A DNA stretch of 64,000 nucleotides from positions 4,313 through 68,312 of the forward strand of contig CABSMC010000002.1 of NCBI GenBank assembly GCA_902478715.1. Reading direction: 5' to 3'. Within the stretch, counting starts at the first letter, position 1. Every line of letters begins with the position of its first letter. Source of the DNA: an uncultured Adlercreutzia sp. (lineage in GTDB: Bacteria > Actinomycetota > Coriobacteriia > Coriobacteriales > Eggerthellaceae). The notes beneath the pieces are model-generated. The model was not told the DNA's origin. It saw only the letters and a list, made by a program, of their open reading frames with translations, and made no database searches. Of the stretch, positions 39,625 through 47,400 are shown one piece after another. The translations under genes were made by a program, and so were the position numbers.

Positions 39625-40593
39625 TTAGGCGACGTCGGCCCAGCTGGTGGCCGCGCCGGTGTAGATGTCGCACACCTGCTGGCTCGTCAGGTCGCTCACC
39701 GAGGAAGAAGGAGCCACAATGACCGCGATGCCATCCAGGGCGATGGCGGTGCCCTCGGCGCCGGCGCCGGTCTCGGAGTCCTTCAGGTCGCGGGAAGCCA
39801 TGCCGATGTCGCAGGTGCCGTCGAGCGCCATGTTAACGCCCGTGGTGGAATCGGACTGTTGCACCTCCACGGTCACCTGGGGATTAGCGGCTTGGAAGGC
39901 CTCGGCCAGCTTCTCCATAACCGGCGTGACCGAGGAGGACCCGGCCACGACCACTTTCCCGCTGGCGCCGTTGGAGGCGAAGGGGGCGGCTGCATCGTCG
40001 ATGGCGATGTAGTTGTTGTCGCTCACCACGGCCTGCCCCTCGGCGCTCATGATGAACGCGAGGAAGTCGGCGGCCGGCGCGGCGAGCTCTCCCTTGGTCA
40101 CGATGTTGAAGGGACGTGCGATGGCATAGGAGCCGTCCTTCACCGCCGCGGCGGTGGGCGCGACGCCGTCGATAGACACCGCCTTCACCGTGTCATCCAG
40201 CGAGCCCAAGGAGATGTAGCCGATGGCGTTGGGGTCACCCGCCACCGACGTCATCATGACCGCCGTAGAGTTGGTGATGGCGGCCGCGGGAGTGGTCATG
40301 TCCACCTTGTCGCCGTTGGCGTCCTTCTGCTCGATGCCGAACAGCTCAACGAAGGCGCCGCGGGTGCCGGAGCCGTCCTCGCGGGAGTACACCGAGATGG
40401 GAGCGTTGGCGGATGCGCCGCTGCCGCCAGATGCGCTGGCCGAGTCGCCCGCTGCGGCCGTATCGCCGGCCGATGTGCCCGCGCAACCCGCAAGCGCCAA
40501 TGCCAGCGCGCCGCATAGAGCCGCTGCTCCAACAAGCGCCGCCAGCCGCCGCAACCGCCGCGGCAAACGAGAAGATACCGAAGATGCTTTCAT
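39625..40593 (-). CDS. pstS: Phosphate-binding lipoprotein
   Basis: LAGC lipobox, REDGSGTRGAF, GSSSV, SDSTTG; ATG 40593 after GAAAGGA. Confidence 0.92.
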   Translation of the reverse strand: MKASSVSSRLPRRLRRLAALVGAAALCGALALALAGCAGTSAGDTAAAGDSASASGGSGASANAPISVYSREDGSGTRGAFVELFGIEQKDANGDKVDMTTPAAAITNSTAVMMTSVAGDPNAIGYISLGSLDDTVKAVSIDGVAPTAAAVKDGSYAIARPFNIVTKGELAAPAADFLAFIMSAEGQAVVSDNNYIAIDDAAAPFASNGASGKVVVAGSSSVTPVMEKLAEAFQAANPQVTVEVQQSDSTTGVNMALDGTCDIGMASRDLKDSETGAGAEGTAIALDGIAVIVAPSSSVSDLTSQQVCDIYTGAATSWADVA

Positions 40594-40714
40594 GTCGTCG
40601 TTCCTTTCAAACGCGCGGGTCGGCATCCCAGAACCACCGCCCGCAAGGGCCATTCAACTCGCGGAAGCGACCCACAAGGGAACGTCGCTTCCGTGCATTC
40701 ATGATGGCCCCGCT

Positions 40715-40777
40715 CCGTAAAAGAACTGAGCAACATCCGTAAAGAGCCACCGTCAGTTCCGAAAAGTTTTGGTAAAA
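40715..40777 (-). promoter_or_regulatory. Putative Pho boxes upstream of pstS
   Basis: GTAAA at 40717, 40739, 40772 and GAAAA at 40761 (multiples of 11 bp). Confidence 0.55.
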
Positions 40778-40910
40778 CCCCAGCGCCGAACGCCCGAAGC
40801 GCTTGCTTGACTGTCATTTGACTCGTATGGCAATGGCTGCTCCGAGCAGCTGCTCCGGATAGCTGCCTGCGCACTCTTCCAAACGCTGCGCATTTCCCCT
40901 TTCCACGAGT

Positions 40911-41086
40911 AAATGCCAGTTGAGGGCCGAAATGGTCGGTGGGCACGTGACGCCTCTGCCATTACTGGCCTGAAGTGGCAGAAAAATGCCAGTTGAGGGC
41001 AGTTATGGCTGAGCGCCCCCATTTTGAGACGATGCCACTTCGACCCCGAAATGGTCGCCCTGCCAAAGCGGGGTCGAAGTGGCATC
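40911..41086. repeat. Intergenic cluster of related 17-bp direct and inverted repeats
   Basis: AAATGCCAGTTGAGGGC at 40911 and 40984; GATGCCACTTCGACCCC (41031) / GGGGTCGAAGTGGCATC (41070). Confidence 0.8.
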
Positions 41087-41365
41087 TTCTCGGGTAAATC
41101 CTCAGAAGATAGTGCAGCTACCTACCTTTTCTCCGAAAGGACGGCCTTGATGCCAATGGTCATCATGTCCTCGAGAGTATCGACGAACTGGGCATGGTCC
41201 ATAACGACGTCGATGGCGATGGAGCTTGCTGCGGCTGACGAAAGCGTCGAGACAGATCCCCCCCCCCCAGCCCGTGCCCTTCTTTTTCCGTCGCAAAAAG
41301 GACGGGTTGGCGATTAACCTTTCCTTTTCAAGCGATGCGGATTCATGCAGAAAGCGAGTCAAACC

Positions 41366-41404
41366 AAAGCAAACGCGCGAGCCGGGGAGGGAAGCTCGCG
41401 CGTT
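41366..41404 (-). terminator. Intrinsic terminator after the flavoprotein gene
   Basis: AACGCGCGAGC/GCTCGCGCGTT stem followed by TGCTTT on the minus strand. Confidence 0.6.
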
Positions 41405-41464
41405 GCGGAGGGGGGATCGTTGATTTCCTCTGTTAGACCTTGCTAGAAACTGAACAGATGGCTC

Positions 41465-43225
41465 CTACAGTTCTTGGGCGGCACTTTGACCGGCTACGTA
41501 GCCATAGAACAGGGCCATACCTACAGAGCAACCGGGCATCGAGATGGGATACTGCACCGCGAACCGATTGCCCTGCACATTACCCGCAGCGTAAAGACCA
41601 GGGATGACGTTGCGATCTTCGTCGAAGGTGTGGCAAAACTCGTCGCTCTCTAAACCATCCATGTTGGCGAGATTCAGCGCGGGCTCCAGCTTGCAGGCGT
41701 AGTAAGGCGGATTGGCCAGAGCGAACAAGCGGCGTGCGTCCTTGCCAAAATCGGCGTCGACGCCCAAGGCGGCCAACTCATTGTAGCGAGCAATTGAAGC
41801 CAGCGCCTGCTCTTGGTCGATACCCTCGATTTGGGCCACCAGCTCCTCAAGGCTATCGGCGCGAAGAGAGCGCCCCTCTTCCACGGCATCCTCGATATCC
41901 TGAAGGGTGCGCCAATTGGTGTTGGTGGGGTGGTTCTTCGGCGTCTCGTCAAGGCACCACAGCACAACGCCGTGGCCGCCGGGGAAGTTCTTCACCTGCT
42001 CGGGCCATGCGGCATCGAAGAACTGCCAGGTGGTGCGCTCGCGCTGCTTCTCGATTTGGTTCTCAAGCTGCTGGCCGGGCATATCCTCATTCATGAAGCG
42101 CTTGCCATCAAGATTCAGCTGCAGATAGCCGTTGATGCCCATGACGCCGCGGCCGTCGGAGCCGGCCCCGCCGCCCATGTGGTGAATCATCACCGCCGAG
42201 AAATCCTGAATGCGCGCACCGGCCCACAGACCCATCTTGTGACCTTCGCCCATACAAGCGCTCTCGCCCTTCGCATCTTTCAGAATGCTCAGGATGCCGT
42301 TGCCATTGGTTTGCAGCTGCGGGGAGCGCGCCTCTAGCATCTCGGGGTTGTCCTTGTAGTCGCCCGTGGCCAAAATGACGCCCTTACGAGCCGTCACCTT
42401 CACATATCCCCCGTTCAGAATATCTTCCGCATAAACGCCCACGCAGCGGCCGTCCTCCATGATGAGCTTGCGGCCTGCATAACCGAACAAACCCGTCACG
42501 TCGCCCTCATCGCAGGCCTTCTCGTAGTTCATTGTGGTCAGCGTTTTCAAGGCGGGAAACTTCACGGTTACCGGATAAGTAGGCATGCCTTCGCTCTCGT
42601 GGTTGTATCCCTCGATAGCCATGGGGAACCGATTCGGCATGAGGTAGTTCTCGGCTTTGTCATCAGGTACGTCATCGAAAATGGTATCGAGGATGAACAC
42701 GTCGGGATCCGCCTCCAGAATCCAGTCGAACACCTCGCCCATCTCGTTGCAGAAGCGGCGGACGATGGGCTCGCTCGTGTGGTGAAGGCACTCTTCCTGA
42801 TGACGCAGCACCAGCTCGTTCACATCCACAGCGTTTTCGCGACCGTAGCGAGCCTGAATGGGGCCGTTGGGCACGGCGATGTCGCTGCCGCAAGCCTGCA
42901 CGTACTCGCCCTTTTCAATAGCCACGACCGACGCACCAGCCTCAACAGCCGAGCGCACGGCGATGGAGCCAGCGTCGGACACGCCTACAACCACTACGTC
43001 AGCCTCAAGCTCCTTGACGATCTCGTCGTCGTTGATCGTCGGCTCGCTGCCCATCCAGCCGTCGTTTGCAACGCCCGTCTCCGCCAATGCTCCCGAAGCC
43101 GATCCCGCCACCTTGGGAGCGCAACCCGCCAAAGCGGTCGTACCTGCCACCCCGGCGCTCGCCAACAGCGCGGAAGAAAGAAAAGCTCGGCGGCTCATCG
43201 TGCGATCTTGTTTGGTGTTCATCAT
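41465..43225 (-). CDS. Tat-exported FAD-dependent oxidoreductase (flavocytochrome c-like), probable lipoprotein
   Basis: SRRAFL, LAGC, degenerate GVSDAG FAD motif, ATGDY, GKRFMNE, IPGLYAAGN. Confidence 0.88.
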   Translation of the reverse strand: MMNTKQDRTMSRRAFLSSALLASAGVAGTTALAGCAPKVAGSASGALAETGVANDGWMGSEPTINDDEIVKELEADVVVVGVSDAGSIAVRSAVEAGASVVAIEKGEYVQACGSDIAVPNGPIQARYGRENAVDVNELVLRHQEECLHHTSEPIVRRFCNEMGEVFDWILEADPDVFILDTIFDDVPDDKAENYLMPNRFPMAIEGYNHESEGMPTYPVTVKFPALKTLTTMNYEKACDEGDVTGLFGYAGRKLIMEDGRCVGVYAEDILNGGYVKVTARKGVILATGDYKDNPEMLEARSPQLQTNGNGILSILKDAKGESACMGEGHKMGLWAGARIQDFSAVMIHHMGGGAGSDGRGVMGINGYLQLNLDGKRFMNEDMPGQQLENQIEKQRERTTWQFFDAAWPEQVKNFPGGHGVVLWCLDETPKNHPTNTNWRTLQDIEDAVEEGRSLRADSLEELVAQIEGIDQEQALASIARYNELAALGVDADFGKDARRLFALANPPYYACKLEPALNLANMDGLESDEFCHTFDEDRNVIPGLYAAGNVQGNRFAVQYPISMPGCSVGMALFYGYVAGQSAAQEL

Positions 43226-43416
43226 TGTCCTCTCCTTTGTTTCATGGTACTTTGCCCATTAGACGCGGCTTCAACGCTTTCGCTCGCTGCTTCAAGCCAC
43301 GCCGCATCCAACGGGGCCCATTGTGGTAAAAAGGAGCGCAATGGAAAATCGCAGATCTGTCGTAACGGTGTCACGGAAATGTTGTATAGTCCTTTTGAAC
43401 TGGGGTTTTACTGTCT

Positions 43417-44865
43417 ATGAATGAGAAGAGCCCAACAAAGAGGTCCTCTTGCCCCTCGCAGCGACTTACGTTTGCCATACTAGTCGTCTTCGTCGCAACC
43501 TCCCCGGCAACTCGAAGTATTTTGGTGAACTTTCCAGATGCGCCCTTTATCCCCTTCTTTGTGGGGGCCGAGATGTTCACTCTAGTAGCCACCTCGGTCG
43601 TACTCGCTGCCAGCCGCGAGGCATCGGATCCCTCCGCCAAACGTCGTGTTCTCCAGACAGCTGTCATCCTTAACGCAGGCGGAGGGCTCGTGCTTGCAAT
43701 TGACTCCTTTGTTCCCCTGCCTTGGATCGCTCTGTTCGCGGCGGGCGCCTGTTGCGGCGCGGCCACCCTGCCCCTTGTGACCCTGTTCATAGAGCGGCTC
43801 GGCCGCAAGACGCTGGGAGAGAACGCGCTTCTCGTCTCGGGCGCCATGGGTGCCGCGACACTGCTTTTCTGGAGCTTGTCGCTGCTGCCTTCAACTCTGC
43901 GCAGCGTGCTTTGGATTCTGCTGCTTTCATGCGCCTCCGCCGGCTTGCTCTTCTTGACGGGGGGCTTCACGCGCGGAGCGAACCCGATGGCTTCGACGCT
44001 TCCCCGATCAAAGCCGAATGCGCATCGATCTCGTAGCCGCGATCTCTCTACGGTAACATCGCTTCTGGCCGTGCCCCTCGTCGGCATCTTCACTTTCGGC
44101 GTCTACATTAAAGCAGGAGTGGCCTCCGACGGCGCCCGCCCGCAGCTCTTTGGCATCGACGAAGAGTTGGCTTTGTTCCTTCTTGCGGCGGCCATACTCG
44201 CAGCGGTAGGCGCAGCACGACCTCACCGACCCCTCTACGCATCCCTCTATCAGGTGGTCGTGCCCGCCTTCGCTTGTGCCATCCTTATTGTCATCAGCTT
44301 TCCCAACGGCTCTTTTGTTCATAGCTTGGGCGGAATGCTTGTCGTCTTTTCCATGGCCTTTATCTTGTTGTTCGGTTTGGCCGCGGCTACCACCCTCGTC
44401 GGCTCGGGCGAGATACCTACTCTTTTTGCCGCCAGCGTCGTGCTCAGCGTCTACGGCGCAGGACGTTTGGCCGGCTTGGCCTTTCACAGCCTTATCGCCC
44501 CCGGACCGCAGGCCTACGAGATATATCAAATTGTCGTGACGGTGCTTTTGTCCATCATGCTGCTGATCACGGCCTTTCAAGGACGCCGGCGCAGCACGGG
44601 GACGAGCCTCGACAGCGCACAGACCATTGCCGGGAAAATCGACGAGACCTGCGCCCACCTTGCCCAAGCCCATGGCCTATCGCCACGCGAAACCGAAGTC
44701 CTGGGGCTGCTAGCACGCGGCTACTCCCCTGTTTACACGGCCGAAAAACTGGTGATTTCGGAAAGCACCGCCCGCACCCACGCGAATCGTATCTACCGTA
44801 AACTGAGCATCAACACCCGGGAAGAGCTGCTTGCGCTTGTAGATGAATCGGAGAAGCAGCTTTAA
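43417..44865 (+). CDS. Transmembrane LuxR-family transcriptional regulator
   Basis: Polytopic N-terminus; LSPRETEVLGLLARG...ISESTARTHANRIYRKL. Confidence 0.88.
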   Translation: MNEKSPTKRSSCPSQRLTFAILVVFVATSPATRSILVNFPDAPFIPFFVGAEMFTLVATSVVLAASREASDPSAKRRVLQTAVILNAGGGLVLAIDSFVPLPWIALFAAGACCGAATLPLVTLFIERLGRKTLGENALLVSGAMGAATLLFWSLSLLPSTLRSVLWILLLSCASAGLLFLTGGFTRGANPMASTLPRSKPNAHRSRSRDLSTVTSLLAVPLVGIFTFGVYIKAGVASDGARPQLFGIDEELALFLLAAAILAAVGAARPHRPLYASLYQVVVPAFACAILIVISFPNGSFVHSLGGMLVVFSMAFILLFGLAAATTLVGSGEIPTLFAASVVLSVYGAGRLAGLAFHSLIAPGPQAYEIYQIVVTVLLSIMLLITAFQGRRRSTGTSLDSAQTIAGKIDETCAHLAQAHGLSPRETEVLGLLARGYSPVYTAEKLVISESTARTHANRIYRKLSINTREELLALVDESEKQL

Positions 44866-45109
44866 CGCGCTTGCTCAAACCAAGAGATGTTAGACGCGAA
44901 CCAATCGGACCGCCGAACCCAGATTAGAAGTCATCAAGCCCCGATCAGAGGGGACGGCAAACCCAAGCTAGAAAATGCCAGGCAGTAACTCTCACAGATG
45001 GCTTGTTAGCGTCGGGCTAAATTAGTCCCCTTAGGGTGCGATCTACTCGCAAGGACGAACTAAGGCTCCTCCCCGCGCAAGAGGCCACAGTGGCTACTCT
45101 GTCGCTCGC

Positions 45110-45283
45110 CTACGCGACCGCAGCTTCGCCAACTGCCGGCACGTCGTGCTTTACGCGGTCGTGCTCTTCGGCGCGCTTGGCTTCGTTGAAGCGGTCCAGC
45201 GTGCCTACCAGGTAGCCGGTGATGCGGCGAATGCGCTCGAAGGGCTGGTTGTGGGCGTCCTCGGTTCGGCCGCACTTGGGGCA
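45110..45283 (-). pseudogene. Duplicated 3' fragment of nrdD (glycyl-radical segment) with a different tail
   Basis: 45137-45283 matches 47254-47400 with 4 mismatches; reads CPKCGR...RITGYLVG...HDVPAVGEAAVA*; no in-frame start. Confidence 0.9.
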
Positions 45284-47400
45284 AACTTTTTTGCAACTGC
45301 ACCTTTCTCAAGAGAAAAGGAGTTCCTCTTCTCTGGCTAACGATAGTCTAGCTTGATGACACATTAGACTAGTTATTCAGATTTCTAGATTATTTTAAAA
45401 GCTCCCATTTTCCACTTGATGTCGCGCCAGTCGGACGAACTTTCCCCTCCTTGCGCAATTGTTGAAGCAGGTAGCTAACTCTTTTCGACCTCTGATCTTT
45501 AGTCAATCCTTGCGGTAATGCATGGTCAATCGCTAAAATAATCTCTGCTCTCGAGCACGGTCTGGTATCAAGCAACTTAACGATCAACTCTTTGCATATC
45601 CTACCATCTAGGCCCTTTTTTCTGACGTACTCTTTATGGCTCCCTATTACTGCTGCAACTTTCGATGAGATGACAAAATTTGGATAGCGCCCTTCAATAA
45701 GATTTCTATCTCTAAGCATCTTCGCCTGTTCTTTTGTAATAGGCTGCTCTTTTTGGACCATATCGAGAAGCAAGACGGCATTTAGCTCAAGCTCCGGCTC
45801 AGATGCAAGAAGTCGCGTATACGCTTCATTAAGGACTTCACCATAAATAGTAACACTCACACGATTTGGCATGCTTAGATCATACGTAGGCATAGGGAGA
45901 TACCTGCTTCGTTGGATACTGAATACATTCCGAATCCCAATCGCATTCTGGTCAATCATTCCCGTCTTGCTCATAGCATTCGCCAACAGGGGATTCCGAT
46001 AGTAAGGCGGCTTATAGCCGCTTTGGAGGGCTTGCTCGATGCTACCCGGGATAAACGACCCCTCGTTCTTGAAGACCAGCTTCTCCTCATACTCGAGAAC
46101 ATTTATCTTGCCTGATAGCCTATAGTCTTGATGCGCAATAGCGTTATGAAGCAGCTCTCGAATAATTTCCGGTGTATAGCGTCTAGCTTCCGTGGGAAAC
46201 AGCGTTGCATCCTGATCGAAATAACGATATTTTTCGTTACGGATTTTCCCCAAAACTCTATCGACTTGCAAAATGAAAGGGGGTTCGAAATGCTCATACG
46301 CCATCGTCTCTCCTCGCGAGGAGTAAAGCGTCCAGCTTATACGAGGCTCAATTCCACCAAGAAAAACCACTGATTCAGGTTTCCCTAAAAGAACCAATGC
46401 CGCATTAGTTACACGACCTCGAATGAGCAGGCCCATTTTGTTGAGAAGCGACTCATGCGATAGATCTTTGATCGCAGGCTGGTTGTCAGCATATTTTTCT
46501 ACGTATGTGGTGCAAGCAAATCGAACAGCCTCATCATCTAGATCGTCAATACCGGCCTCATAAGATATTTGACGAGACCAATCTGGACGACTTTGCCCAT
46601 AGATAGCTTCAAGCTTGAACTTCGGCATCTGCACCAAAGACTCGTTTTCTCTTGACCAAGGAACGCCCTCCCACGTAGTTGGCGTCGCAAAGGTGCCTGC
46701 AGGAATTTGAAAAGCAATGACCCTCTTGCCAGCCATTTCATACTCATATATTTCCTCAAATGTGATCCCACCGTTAGTTTTTCCGCTAATTTCGTGCTTT
46801 AGCTTTTGAAGGCCCTCACTTCTTTGACCCTCTTCTTTTCTATAGGCAGTACCACATATTTCTCTGTTGTTCGTTATTCCAAAAAACAACCACCCACACT
46901 CAGCGTTTCTCAAATTTGCTTCATTGCTTAACGCTGAAAAATACCGTCCTATCTCGTCAAAACCGAATTTCTTCTTGGCCTCCTTGTATTCAACAATTTC
47001 TGTCTCCGCATTGGCAATGATCCTCTCTGTCAACTGCGCCATTTCAGATGGTGTACGAATCATACGTATCCTTAACTAATCTAAATTTGAAAACTAGTCT
47101 AGTCTTGCGCAACATTAGACTAGTTCCACAACGCTTCTCTTGTCAGTTCGCTTCTTTACCACCTCGAAATATAGCAAGTGGAGCCCGTGCGCACAGGCTC
47201 CACTTGCATCATATCGAAGTAAGTAGGCTGCTCCGCAGCGACTACTCGGCTGTCGGCACGTCGTGCTTTACGCGGTCGTGCTCTTCGGCGCGCTTGGCGT
47301 CGTTGAAGCGGTCGAGCGTGCCTACCAGGTAGCCGGTGATGCGGCGGATGCGCTCGAAGGGCTGGTTGTGGGCGTCCTCGGTGCGGCCGCACTTGGGGCA
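45137..47400. mobile_element. Integrase-less AT-rich islet at the nrdD 3' end, bounded by a 147-bp direct repeat
   Basis: Direct repeat, abrupt drop in GC, single cargo gene. Confidence 0.7.
45390..47063 (-). CDS. Schlafen/AlbA_2-domain protein with HATPase_c_4 (RecG-C-like) domain and C-terminal winged HTH
   Basis: ETEIVEYKEA..SALSNEA..GWLFFGI; RELLHNAIAHQDY..RNPLLANAM..GMID..GI; C-terminal wHTH. Confidence 0.8.
   Translation of the reverse strand: MIRTPSEMAQLTERIIANAETEIVEYKEAKKKFGFDEIGRYFSALSNEANLRNAECGWLFFGITNNREICGTAYRKEEGQRSEGLQKLKHEISGKTNGGITFEEIYEYEMAGKRVIAFQIPAGTFATPTTWEGVPWSRENESLVQMPKFKLEAIYGQSRPDWSRQISYEAGIDDLDDEAVRFACTTYVEKYADNQPAIKDLSHESLLNKMGLLIRGRVTNAALVLLGKPESVVFLGGIEPRISWTLYSSRGETMAYEHFEPPFILQVDRVLGKIRNEKYRYFDQDATLFPTEARRYTPEIIRELLHNAIAHQDYRLSGKINVLEYEEKLVFKNEGSFIPGSIEQALQSGYKPPYYRNPLLANAMSKTGMIDQNAIGIRNVFSIQRSRYLPMPTYDLSMPNRVSVTIYGEVLNEAYTRLLASEPELELNAVLLLDMVQKEQPITKEQAKMLRDRNLIEGRYPNFVISSKVAAVIGSHKEYVRKKGLDGRICKELIVKLLDTRPCSRAEIILAIDHALPQGLTKDQRSKRVSYLLQQLRKEGKVRPTGATSSGKWELLK

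Noticed and set aside
41120..41270. C11 tract (41258-41268) and a short minus-strand coding-like remnant (...IDVVMDHAQFVDTLEDMMTIGIKAVLSEKR*)
   Set aside because: No start, RBS or recognisable family, so neither phase variation nor a named pseudogene can be supported
45137..47400. Diversity-generating retroelement TR/VR pair
   Set aside because: No reverse transcriptase, and the four mismatches are not adenine-specific on one strand
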